A model generated the notes under the pieces. The model made no database searches and was not told where the DNA came from. It saw only the letters and a list, made by a program, of their open reading frames with translations. Below are positions 18,934 through 28,857 of a DNA stretch of 57,020 bases, piece by piece. The stretch's first letter is position 1. Every line of letters starts with the position of its first letter. The position numbers were made by a program, and so were the translations under genes. Location: NCBI GenBank assembly GCA_026416055.1, contig JAOAFX010000004.1:1-57020 (forward strand). The letters are read 5' to 3'. This stretch comes from a candidate division WOR-3 bacterium (GTDB taxonomy: Bacteria; Hydrothermota; Tepidihabitantia; SM23-42; JAOAFX01).

Positions 18934-19328
18934 TTAAAGGCATCATTATAGGCCATGGTGATTTTGCACGAGCACTTCTAAGTACTGCTGAAAAGATTAT
19001 GGGCAAACAGAATATGGTTGAGGTGTTTTCTAATGAAAATTTATCCTGCGGATTACTAACCGAAACATTAAAAAAATCACTCAATGCTGACGATTACGAA
19101 AAAATAATCTTTGTTGACCTTCCGGGTGGAAGTTGTGCGATTTCCTGTCTCAATCTTTTAAAAGAATACAAAAACTTGAAAATTCTCTGCGGTGTTAACC
19201 TACCAATGCTCCTTGAATTCTTTCTATTGCGGGATAAATATAAATCTGATGAATTGATCCCCATTTTAATAAAAAAGGCACGGGATAACATTCTAACCTT
19301 AGGAGGCCTGAGTGAAGACAATCGGTGA
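18930..19328 (+). CDS. PTS EIIA component, mannose/fructose family
   Basis: 132 aa. N-terminal IIIGHGDFARALL, with the phospho-His in the position expected for EIIA-Man. ATGA overlap with hprK. Confidence 0.8.
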   Translation: MIKGIIIGHGDFARALLSTAEKIMGKQNMVEVFSNENLSCGLLTETLKKSLNADDYEKIIFVDLPGGSCAISCLNLLKEYKNLKILCGVNLPMLLEFFLLRDKYKSDELIPILIKKARDNILTLGGLSEDNR

Positions 19329-20946
19329 AATATTTGAAGAATCGGTAAAGAATTACCCTGATAATATAGCCTTGAAAAAGCGCGAAGATGTATATACTTA
19401 CAGACAATTAAAAGATAGGGTTTTAGCGGTTAAACACCATCTTTATTCTCTAGGACTGAACCCCGGAGAGCGATTTGCTGTTCTGGGCGAAAATAGCCCT
19501 GAATGGGCAATCAGTTATCTTGGAATCCTGCGTGCTGGTTTAGTCTGTGTTCCACTCGATGCCCTCCATTCTGAAGCTGAATTGATTCACATATTGAGAG
19601 AGAGCGGTGCCCGTGGAGTAATATCATCAGAAACACATATGTACAAAATAGATTCCATTAAAGGTGAACTGAAAGAGTTAAAGTGGATTATCAACATGAA
19701 AGAAATCAGAAATCTGCATGCACCCGGAAAGGAAGTTAAAATCGAAATCGATCCCGACTCCCTTGCGGTTTTGATCTTCACTTCCGGAACAACTGGACTG
19801 GCAAAGGCAGTGATGCTCAGCCATAAGAATATCATTTCCAATCTTCAATCAATTGAAAAGATAATCCCGATTTACCATACAGATAGTCTTGTATCGATTA
19901 TACCAATGCACCATACATTTGAAGCGACCTGTGGGTTTTTGTATCCGTTATATTGTGGTGCTTCAATATTTTATCCTCCCAGTTTAAAACCCACTGATTT
20001 GATAGCTACATTCAAGGAAGCAAAAATTACATGCCTCATTGCTGTTCCTCTGTTATTTGAAAAATTTCTTACTGGGCTTCAGCGTAAAATTGCCAGTTCT
20101 TCAATCCCGACCAAACTGGCATTCACAACAATTAGTGGAGTGGCTTCAATATTTAAATTCCTGAGCAGGCCGCTTTTCAGTCGTGTGCGCAAGGAGATGG
20201 GTTTAGAAAGGCTGCGCCTTGCGGTTTCAGGTGGTGCTGCTTTATCATCAAAGGTCTTTAGGGGTCTAGAAATGCTCGGCATCCCAATACTCCAGGGTTA
20301 TGGGCTGACCGAGGCTGCTCCTGTGGTATCGGTCAATCCTCCAGAACGACCTAAAAACGATTCGGTGGGAAAACCTCTACCCGGGGTTGAAGTGCGTATT
20401 CATGAGCCAGATGAGTATGGAATCGGTGAATTGATTGTCAAAGGTCCGAATGTGATGCTTGGTTATTACAACAATGAAAAAGCCACTGCAGAAGTTCTAA
20501 AAGATGGCTGGCTTTATACCGGAGACCTCGGTTATATAGATAACGAAGGCTATATCCATATTACAGGCCGGAAGAAAAGTCTGATCGTAACACCCGCAGG
20601 GAAGAATATAATACCGGAAGAACTTGAAGAAAAACTTCTTGAGAGTAAATGGATAAAAGAAGTTCTTGTTGTTCCCAGGATTGATGCTACAACAAAAAAA
20701 GAAGAGGTATGTGCCTTAGTGTATCCAAATTATGAATTGCTGGAAGAATATAGTATTGCCCACAACATAACCCTGGAGTTGGCCGATATCGAAAGAATCA
20801 TAAGGGAAGAAATAAAAAAGGTTAATGAAAAATTACCAGCCTACAAGCGAATAACCAAGTTTGAAATCCGTGAAGAAGAATTTCCAAAGACCACTACCCA
20901 GAAGATTAAAAGACATATGTTTATTGAGCGGAGTATTAAGGTTTAA
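19312..20946 (+). CDS. AMP-dependent long-chain acyl-CoA synthetase/ligase
   Basis: GTG start with AGGAGG 5 nt upstream. AMP-binding motifs FTSGTTGLAKAVMLSH, GYGLTE and TGDLGYIDNEGYIHITGRKK. Confidence 0.85.
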   Translation: MKTIGEIFEESVKNYPDNIALKKREDVYTYRQLKDRVLAVKHHLYSLGLNPGERFAVLGENSPEWAISYLGILRAGLVCVPLDALHSEAELIHILRESGARGVISSETHMYKIDSIKGELKELKWIINMKEIRNLHAPGKEVKIEIDPDSLAVLIFTSGTTGLAKAVMLSHKNIISNLQSIEKIIPIYHTDSLVSIIPMHHTFEATCGFLYPLYCGASIFYPPSLKPTDLIATFKEAKITCLIAVPLLFEKFLTGLQRKIASSSIPTKLAFTTISGVASIFKFLSRPLFSRVRKEMGLERLRLAVSGGAALSSKVFRGLEMLGIPILQGYGLTEAAPVVSVNPPERPKNDSVGKPLPGVEVRIHEPDEYGIGELIVKGPNVMLGYYNNEKATAEVLKDGWLYTGDLGYIDNEGYIHITGRKKSLIVTPAGKNIIPEELEEKLLESKWIKEVLVVPRIDATTKKEEVCALVYPNYELLEEYSIAHNITLELADIERIIREEIKKVNEKLPAYKRITKFEIREEEFPKTTTQKIKRHMFIERSIKV

Positions 20947-21418
20947 TATTAAATTTTTTCATCAATGCCCTTTCTACAATCCGTGGCACAAGCTTAGAAA
21001 TATCACCACCCAGTGCTGCAATTTCTTTTACCAGGGATGAACTGATAAAGATATAATTCTCAGATGGCATTAAAAAAAGTGTTTCTATCTCAGGATTCAA
21101 TTTGCGATTCATGAGTGCAAGCTGAAATTCATAATCAAAATCAGAAATCGCCCTGATTCCCCGAATAACAGTCTTTGCTGATACTGATTCAACAAACTCC
21201 ACAAGCAGGGAAGAAAATCCTTTTACTGTAATTTTGGGATTTCCTTTAAATATTTCTTTTATCATTCTGATTCTTTCATCCAGGGTGAATAATGTTTTTT
21301 TCGGACGTGCACTAACCCCTATCACTACTTTATCAAAAATCTTTATGGCTCGATTTATCACATCAATATGACCATAGGTAATCGGGTCAAATGTTCCTGC
21401 ATAGACTGCTTTTTTCAT
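20936..21418 (-). CDS. coaD: Phosphopantetheine adenylyltransferase
   Basis: 160 aa with AVYAGTFDPITYGHIDVI (T/HxGH nucleotidyltransferase motif). CoaD-like along the full length. Confidence 0.93.
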   Translation of the reverse strand: MKKAVYAGTFDPITYGHIDVINRAIKIFDKVVIGVSARPKKTLFTLDERIRMIKEIFKGNPKITVKGFSSLLVEFVESVSAKTVIRGIRAISDFDYEFQLALMNRKLNPEIETLFLMPSENYIFISSSLVKEIAALGGDISKLVPRIVERALMKKFNIKP

Positions 21419-21421
21419 CTC

Positions 21422-21955
21422 TCACTCCTTTAATTCTAAAAAAGAAACAATAGTATCTCCATATTTTTTTGTCTTCAATAAACAATATCCATCAGGAAAA
21501 GATTGAGGCAAGAAAGCAGAATATTCTGCAACCACGAGTCCTCCTTTTTTAATGATGCATAAAAAGTGTAAAAGCCTCAGAACTTCTGAAAGATATTCTT
21601 TCCTATAAGGTGGATCAATAAATGCAATATCGAACTCCATACCCTTCAATTTTTTTAAACCAGGCCGGAAATCCTGTTTTATTATTCTTACTTTTTCCCA
21701 GAGATTCAATCTCTCAACATTTTTTAAAAGCGTTTGTGGATTCTTTTCAATAAAGACACAGAATTTTGCCCCTCGTGACAGAGCCTCAATCCCTATGGCA
21801 CCAGTTCCGGCAAATATGTCAATCACTGTTGCATCAATAACACGCTCACCAATAACATTAAATATTGCGGAACGGACAATCGATTTTGTTGGTCGTATAC
21901 CTGATTTAGCAACTTTGAGACATCTCCCTTTATATTCTCCAGAAGTGATCTTCAT
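21422..21955 (-). CDS. rsmD: 16S rRNA (guanine966-N2)-methyltransferase RsmD
   Basis: 177 aa with the SAM-binding DIFAGTGAIGIEALSRG and the FIDPPY catalytic motif. The rsmD-coaD pairing is canonical. Confidence 0.88.
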   Translation of the reverse strand: MKITSGEYKGRCLKVAKSGIRPTKSIVRSAIFNVIGERVIDATVIDIFAGTGAIGIEALSRGAKFCVFIEKNPQTLLKNVERLNLWEKVRIIKQDFRPGLKKLKGMEFDIAFIDPPYRKEYLSEVLRLLHFLCIIKKGGLVVAEYSAFLPQSFPDGYCLLKTKKYGDTIVSFLELKE

Positions 21956-21966
21956 CTTTAAGCAAT

Positions 21967-21997
21967 CCCCCGGAGCATGATGAGTATGCTCCGGGGG
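21967..21997 (-). terminator. Perfect 12-bp GC-rich hairpin between pilQ stop and rsmD start (no flanking U-tract)
   Basis: CCCCCGGAGCAT (21967-21978), 7-nt loop, ATGCTCCGGGGG (21986-21997). Confidence 0.45.
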
Positions 21998-22025
21998 TAT
22001 CGATTAAAAAAGTTAATTTAGTTTG

Positions 22026-23621
22026 TTACTTTATGATAGTTGGAGTTATGAATATCAACAATTCACGGTCTTCGTAGGTCGTGGTGGTCTCACGGAAAAG
22101 GGCTCCGATTACAGGGATGCTTTTGAGTATCGGAATCCCCCGCACATTCTTGGTCTCTTTCTTTCTGATGAAACCGCCGATAACGACAGTATTACCATCC
22201 TTCACCAGAACCCTGGTATCAGCTTCAGAGGTTGTAATAATCGGCCTGCCGGCGAGTGCCGATGCACGGTCGAGTTCACTCACCTCAGCATGTATCTCCA
22301 TCGTTATTTCTTCCAGGGAATTTATGTGCGGTGTAACTTCGAGCTTAGTACCAACAGTATAGAATTGTATCACGGTATTACCTGCCATATCCCTTGTCGG
22401 AATACCAAATCGCTGACCACCGAGGATCGATGCCCTCTTATTGTCTACTGCTGATACCCGGGGCGCAGAAATTGTATGCGCCTTCCCTTTTTCTTCAAGC
22501 ATATTTATCGTCGCATTAACCTGGGCAAGGGAAGGAACGGTTCCAACATTAAATACTCCGTATCCAGCGATCGCAGGAGTAGGATTACTTGTAACATCAA
22601 TCCTTAAAAGTCTGCTTTCCAGACCTTTGAGTGTCCAGTCAATACCAAGGCCCTGGGACTGTGATGCATCAATGTCGACTACCTTCGCCATAATTTCAAC
22701 CTGAGGTGTTGGTGTATCAAGCAATTTCACCAGCTGCTTAATTTTTTCATGTATCGGATCGACATCAGTAACGACTACAGAATTAGTCCGCTCATCAACA
22801 TTTGCCTTTCCCTTAGGAGAAAGCATCGCCTGGATTTTGGTTAACATCTCTGAGGGGGTGGCAAATTCAAGCTTATAGACATTAGAAATGAGAGGAAGGT
22901 CATAATCTTGTTTATCAAGATTTTCCGCTGTATCTACCCTTATAACTCCGGGATCTTCCCGGTATGCGTAACCAGCAGCACGAAGAATGATTTCAAGAGC
23001 CTGCTTCCATGGAACATTGTGCAGTCTAACTGTAACCGTTCCTTTTACATCCTTTCCGGCAACAATATTTACACCTGCATATTCAGAAAGTGCCCGTAAT
23101 ACAGTCAGAATGTCTGCGTTTTCAAGATCGATACTTATGGGCCGGCCGGTGATACTTACAGGTGGTCGGGCTGTCGGAACTGCTGGAGGCGGTGCCTCAG
23201 CCGGAACTGTGGTTGTCACTTGAGCAGTCAATGCCTGCCATGTTGGTATCGGTGCGGTTAAGCCGGTAAGTAAAGTTACCACAAAATTATTGCCTTCGGT
23301 GGTGGTAAGGAATGAATAATCCTGATTCAATTTTGCAACCACTCTAATCAAGTCCGGTTGCCCGGCAAACCCGGTTATTGAAATTTCTTTGATACCGCCA
23401 GTGTTAAGTATGTAGTTCCTTCCTGTGAGGTTACTCGACACTCCAGAGCAATCAATAACAAGCCGTGATGGATCTTTCAAACTAAAGGCATTGGCGATGA
23501 AAGGTCCGTCGGATTCAATGATCAATTTCGTATTAACTCCTTCAGATTTTACAATCACATCCTTTATTACCGTTCCATTTAGCAGGGTGAGTATAGAAAG
23601 AATTGTTAACAAAAATTTCAT
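22026..23621 (-). CDS. pilQ: Type IV pilus secretin PilQ (AMIN domain + secretin)
   Basis: 531 aa with a signal peptide, an AMIN-like N-terminus and a secretin C-terminal core (GIPILKSIPVIGALF...ELLIFITP). Last gene of pilMNOPQ. Confidence 0.88.
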   Translation of the reverse strand: MKFLLTILSILTLLNGTVIKDVIVKSEGVNTKLIIESDGPFIANAFSLKDPSRLVIDCSGVSSNLTGRNYILNTGGIKEISITGFAGQPDLIRVVAKLNQDYSFLTTTEGNNFVVTLLTGLTAPIPTWQALTAQVTTTVPAEAPPPAVPTARPPVSITGRPISIDLENADILTVLRALSEYAGVNIVAGKDVKGTVTVRLHNVPWKQALEIILRAAGYAYREDPGVIRVDTAENLDKQDYDLPLISNVYKLEFATPSEMLTKIQAMLSPKGKANVDERTNSVVVTDVDPIHEKIKQLVKLLDTPTPQVEIMAKVVDIDASQSQGLGIDWTLKGLESRLLRIDVTSNPTPAIAGYGVFNVGTVPSLAQVNATINMLEEKGKAHTISAPRVSAVDNKRASILGGQRFGIPTRDMAGNTVIQFYTVGTKLEVTPHINSLEEITMEIHAEVSELDRASALAGRPIITTSEADTRVLVKDGNTVVIGGFIRKKETKNVRGIPILKSIPVIGALFRETTTTYEDRELLIFITPTIIK

Positions 23622-23624
23622 AAT

Positions 23625-24023
23625 TTACCTCCTTTCTTTTCCCTCTTGGAGACGTAATTCATACTTTGTCACGACTCCGGCGTGCATAATTTCAAAAATT
23701 ATCGCCTGGCGGTTAATTTCACTGACATGGCCACCTGCAACACGGTCTCCACGCTTCAAAATATAACCGTTATCCTGGCCATCCTTGACCAGTGCATAGT
23801 AGCCACGGTCTCCCCATAAAATTCCTATGAGCCTTAAATTCTCAGGACTTAAATGGCCAGTTTTGCCACCACCCAGTTCCAAACCGATCAGAGGAACAAA
23901 AGGATCCCTGCGGCCCGCGGGCTCATATTCATAACGTTCCACCGGGAACAAAGAATCGGTGGATGGTACCTGATTGATTATCAATAAAAATGTAATCAGA
24001 CTACCGACGTCGTGGAATACCAC
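23625..24023 (-). CDS. pilP: Pilus assembly protein PilP-like
   Basis: 132 aa with an RRDPFVPL motif. Its position between pilO and pilQ fits PilP. Non-ATG start. Confidence 0.6.
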   Translation of the reverse strand: MVFHDVGSLITFLLIINQVPSTDSLFPVERYEYEPAGRRDPFVPLIGLELGGGKTGHLSPENLRLIGILWGDRGYYALVKDGQDNGYILKRGDRVAGGHVSEINRQAIIFEIMHAGVVTKYELRLQEGKERR

Positions 24024-24573
24024 TTGGCACCTCCTGTGTTTTGGCTACAGTATATGTAATCGCCTGGAGTTCAGCCTCGGTGCTACGGTCTCTTCCCGGC
24101 ATAATTTTTATTGACGGCACATTGACGATACGCGGCAGATTGCCGATATTGGAAAGAAATTTTCCCAATTGATGATAACCACAGGCAACTTTTATCTGAA
24201 CCGGTATTTCAGAATAATTCTGTTTTGGCACAGGACCACTCGGTTTAAAGAGCAAGAAACTCACACCAGCCTTTGTTCCGGAATTGGAAATCTGCTGAAT
24301 CAGTTTTGGAATTTCCTTCTCCTGTGGCAACATCTCTTTAGCGATTTCCCATTCTGCTTCAAGTCGGGCAATCGTGGCCTGCAATTCTGGAAGCCGTGCT
24401 TTTGCAGCCTCAGCCTCTTGAACTTTAATCTGAAGCGAATCCCTCTTTGCCGTAAGAGTCTCTATCTTTTTCTGGTTTGCCGCATAAGGAATTTTGAAGA
24501 AAACAACGAGCACGACAATCAATATAATAAAGAATGCAATCGCCTGCTGGGTTCTGGGTTCTCTGAGGTTCAT
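24001..24573 (-). CDS. pilO: Type IV pilus assembly protein PilO
   Basis: 190 aa: single N-terminal TM, coiled coil, then a ferredoxin-like C-terminal region. Operon position supports the call. Confidence 0.75.
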   Translation of the reverse strand: MNLREPRTQQAIAFFIILIVVLVVFFKIPYAANQKKIETLTAKRDSLQIKVQEAEAAKARLPELQATIARLEAEWEIAKEMLPQEKEIPKLIQQISNSGTKAGVSFLLFKPSGPVPKQNYSEIPVQIKVACGYHQLGKFLSNIGNLPRIVNVPSIKIMPGRDRSTEAELQAITYTVAKTQEVPSGIPRRR

Positions 24574-25172
24574 TTCATACCTCCTGCTGAATCGATTTTA
24601 ACATTAGCAGTAAGCGTGAATTCCATCATCTCCTGCTTTTCAATCGTCTTTTTCTCAAGAACTGTAAGGTCAACATTTCCGATATATGGGGAATCTTCAA
24701 GACGGTTCATAAACTCAGCAACAAGTAGATTTGAAGCAGCAGTCCCTTTGATATCAATAGTTTGAGGAGAAATATTGAGCATCGTGAGCCAGGTGAAATC
24801 AGGGAGGCGTGCTGAAATTTCATCAAGGATATGGGCGATGAGAAATCTATTCTTATTGAGTTCCTTTATTGGGCTGATAAGTGCCATCAATTCTTTTTCC
24901 CGTTTTTTCAAGCTATCCACGGTCTCAACATATATTTTTAATTCATCAAGCCGGGTCTGCAATTGGTTAATTTCACGATTCAGCCTGCCAATTTTACCAG
25001 ACTGGATAATCACAAAAAGGGCAATGATGATGACGACAACCGCAATCCCCAAGATATAGAGTGCACCAAGCTTTACCGATGGCAATTTAATCGTTGGTGC
25101 ACCAGGTTTTGCGGGTTTTGCTTTTGGTGCCTTCGCCTTTTTGGGGCTGGGCGATAGATTTATTTTTATCAT
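24570..25172 (-). CDS. pilN: Type IV pilus assembly protein PilN
   Basis: 200 aa starting MIKINLSP, with a Lys/Pro-rich linker, a TM helix and a coiled coil. Operon position supports the call. Confidence 0.75.
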   Translation of the reverse strand: MIKINLSPSPKKAKAPKAKPAKPGAPTIKLPSVKLGALYILGIAVVVIIIALFVIIQSGKIGRLNREINQLQTRLDELKIYVETVDSLKKREKELMALISPIKELNKNRFLIAHILDEISARLPDFTWLTMLNISPQTIDIKGTAASNLLVAEFMNRLEDSPYIGNVDLTVLEKKTIEKQEMMEFTLTANVKIDSAGGMK

Positions 25173-26218
25173 TAGTCCCCCCTTAATGCAAGTCCAACTG
25201 CCTGGGTGAGAATCGGTCCCACAACCTCAACCCCTTCGGGCGCGAAGATGGAGGGGTCATATAGAATATTTTTGAATGGATTGAAAATTTCTACAGACAT
25301 ATTCAGCCGTTTCTTCAGATAATCTACCATATTTGCTATCAATGCCCCGCCACCCGTGATGTACATCTTATTAACCCTTTCTTCACCGGTCACAGTGGAG
25401 AGGAATTGTAAACTTCGCTCGATCTGTGTACTAAGATCATTCACAAATGATTCAAAAACTGCCTGGATTGAATCGCGCGAGGCACCAACTGGAATTGTTC
25501 CTTTTACAGCGTTTGCGGCATCTTCGTAATTAAATCCAATTTCTTTCTGGAGTTTATTTATGTAGGAATTAACACCGTAATAAACATCCCGGGCGAGCAA
25601 TGAAGAACTGCCTTTTATCACATTTATTATCGTCATACCTGCACCGATATTTACCAGTGCGATAATCTCATCCGGACTGGGCTGATAATTGTATTCAAAT
25701 GCATTCTGGATTGCAAACGCAGCGGTGTCGATAATAACCGGATTTAAATTTAGCTCTTTTAAAAGTGCAGTAAGGTTATTTATCAACTCGTTCTTCGCAG
25801 CCACCAAAACTACTTCCTGTTGATTCTCACCATAATTGGGGTTGACCACATCAAAGTCAAGCGATACTTCATTTATATCAAATGGAACATATTGTTCCGC
25901 CTCCCATTTTATCTGTTCACGCGTTTCTGCTTCACTGAGACGGTCCATTATGATTCTTTTAATTATCACATCCCTTCCTGCGAGACCGATTACGACATCA
26001 CGTGTTGTAATATTACGGGACTCAAATAGTGTCCTTATTGAATCAAGTACTGCTTCACGATCAATAATCTCTCCTTCCACTATTGCATCCGGCAAGATTC
26101 TGGAAATGCCATAATTTATCAACCTTTTGGTCTTGCCCGGAAGAAGTTCTACAACTTTAGTTTGACTTGACCCAATATCGAGACCAACTACTCTTTTCTT
26201 TTTTCCAAACATACTCAC
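25172..26218 (-). CDS. pilM: Type IV pilus assembly ATPase-fold protein PilM
   Basis: 348 aa with an actin-like fold. Starts VGLDIGSSQTKVVEL. First gene of the pil operon, preceded by the SD AAAGGAG. Confidence 0.9.
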   Translation of the reverse strand: MSMFGKKKRVVGLDIGSSQTKVVELLPGKTKRLINYGISRILPDAIVEGEIIDREAVLDSIRTLFESRNITTRDVVIGLAGRDVIIKRIIMDRLSEAETREQIKWEAEQYVPFDINEVSLDFDVVNPNYGENQQEVVLVAAKNELINNLTALLKELNLNPVIIDTAAFAIQNAFEYNYQPSPDEIIALVNIGAGMTIINVIKGSSSLLARDVYYGVNSYINKLQKEIGFNYEDAANAVKGTIPVGASRDSIQAVFESFVNDLSTQIERSLQFLSTVTGEERVNKMYITGGGALIANMVDYLKKRLNMSVEIFNPFKNILYDPSIFAPEGVEVVGPILTQAVGLALRGD

Positions 26219-26287
26219 TCCTTTGCTTTATCTCTAAATCATTAGCCAAACTCCAGAAGGGGCTATTCCCCCTAAAATAATTTGTAT

Positions 26288-26315
26288 ATTATATATACGA
26301 TTAAAAGAATGTCAA
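26288..26315 (-). promoter_or_regulatory. Consensus promoter TTGACA-N16-TATAAT for pilMNOPQ (about 65-nt leader with SD)
   Basis: Reverse complement of 26310-26315 is TTGACA and of 26288-26293 is TATAAT. Confidence 0.55.
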
Positions 26316-26321
26316 GAGCCA

Positions 26322-26485
26322 AATGTAGGGCAGGGCTTTTGCCCTGCAAACCCAAGCCCAATGTAGGGCAAGGCTTTAGCCTTGCGTTTTATTGCAAACC
26401 TGAAGGCTTGCCCTACGATTTATATAAAACTTTTTTATAAAATGACGAATAAACTGTAGTGGCAGAGTCTGTTCCGCGATGCTAA
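26322..26485. repeat. Cluster of REP-like elements (TGTAG box + hairpin): two direct, one inverted, one degenerate
   Basis: Four copies. AATGTAGGGCAGGGCTTTTGCCCTGC (26322-26347). AATGTAGGGCAAGGCTTTAGCCTTGC (26360-26385). An inverted copy at 26394-26419 whose reverse complement reads CGTAGGGCAAGCCTTCAGGTTTGC. A degenerate CTGTAGTGGCAGAGTCTGTTCCGC (~26455-26478). Confidence 0.6.
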
Positions 26486-26761
26486 TATATCCAATATAGA
26501 CTCATTCAATTACTAGAATTTTACGGATTATACAGGTTTTTAAGACTCAGTCAGATGATTGTTAGCTGAAAATCAAAATTAAACTCCCCTCTTCCGAATT
26601 ATAAATCATGAGATACGCCGGGTTGATAACTATTATCAAATCTGTCGGGCAAATCAGAGGATTAAAATCTTGAAGAAAAGACTGATTACCGGAAAGACTC
26701 ATTCGGGCACTCAGCCTCATTTTTAAAAATTAGCAGATTTGAGCCATTGAATTTAAATCAT

Positions 26762-27948
<1,187 letters not shown>

Positions 27949-27994
27949 TATTGTTTACTGAAGCCCTAAATGTGGTCTTTAATTCATGTTTGAT

Positions 27995-28651
27995 TTAAGG
28001 CGTCATATGTAAAAAGTCTCGATGTTTTACGATTTCACCTTCTATCATATAAATCATGTCTTCACAGATATTCGTAGTCAAATCTGCAATACGTTCAAGG
28101 TCTCTTCCGACCAGCAAGGCCGATATTGCATTGTTAGATATTGAGTGACATCCATCAATTAATTTTATCACCTCATCAGTGAGATTGCTTAGCTGCTCAT
28201 CAACGATTTTGTCCTGCTCAATTATTTTTACCAGTCTCTGGGCATCATTTTTAATAAATGCATCAAAAGTTTCACGGAACATTTTGTGGGTCATGTCAAA
28301 CATAGTCTTCAGGTTAGAAAAATTTTTTATCGAGGTCATCATCGATATGCGCTGGGCAATATTCACACAATGGTCAGCAATCCTTTCCAGGGTGTTATTT
28401 ATCTTCAAAAGAGAAATCACAGTGCGCAGGTCGACTGCTTCAGGCTGGAATAACGCAAGGAATTCAATAAAGGTGGTTTCGTTTTCTATCTCCAGACGAT
28501 TTACAAGTTGTTCTAAATTAGTGATAACATTGTTCGCCAGGGCATGGTCTCGATTGTATACCGCAGTTTCGGTATCATTCATCATCTTCTCAACAATGCT
28601 CGCAAGTTTGAGCAAATTCGTCTTTAATTTCTCTACTTTTTCCCTGAGCAT
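27995..28651 (-). CDS. phoU: Phosphate signalling complex protein PhoU
   Basis: 218 aa. Two PhoU repeats, each with an E(R)IADH/L motif (LERIADHCVNIA and LERIADLTTNI). Follows pstB. Confidence 0.9.
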   Translation of the reverse strand: MLREKVEKLKTNLLKLASIVEKMMNDTETAVYNRDHALANNVITNLEQLVNRLEIENETTFIEFLALFQPEAVDLRTVISLLKINNTLERIADHCVNIAQRISMMTSIKNFSNLKTMFDMTHKMFRETFDAFIKNDAQRLVKIIEQDKIVDEQLSNLTDEVIKLIDGCHSISNNAISALLVGRDLERIADLTTNICEDMIYMIEGEIVKHRDFLHMTP

Positions 28652-28656
28652 ATCGG

Positions 28657-28845
28657 CTAATTATTATTATTTTTGAATAAATCTAACTGAGTCTCAACAA
28701 TCGGATGATTTTTTTCTTTCTCAGGCTTAAGAATCTGCTCAATAATCTTTTTATGACGGATGTAAATTCTGGGCTTTATTCGATTAGGTCTTGACGAATT
28801 CCTGTTATTTATTTTTTGAAAAAAATAAATTTCTTGAACTGGCAT
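28657..28845 (-). CDS. Small (62-aa) very basic hypothetical protein inserted between pstB and phoU
   Basis: GGAGG (reverse complement of 28852-28856) lies 6 nt upstream of ATG 28845 and 1 nt after the pstB stop. The ORF stops 5 nt before the phoU ATG, which has no SD of its own. No homolog recognised. Confidence 0.4.
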   Translation of the reverse strand: MPVQEIYFFQKINNRNSSRPNRIKPRIYIRHKKIIEQILKPEKEKNHPIVETQLDLFKNNNN

Positions 28846-28857
28846 ATAAATCCTCCA

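Noticed and set aside
26322-26485. Possibility that the intergenic repeat clusters (also 47367-47540) are small CRISPR arrays
   Set aside because: The copies are hairpins in mixed orientation, with irregular spacing of 10-40 nt and sequence drift. There is no regular repeat-spacer periodicity and no cas gene in the window.
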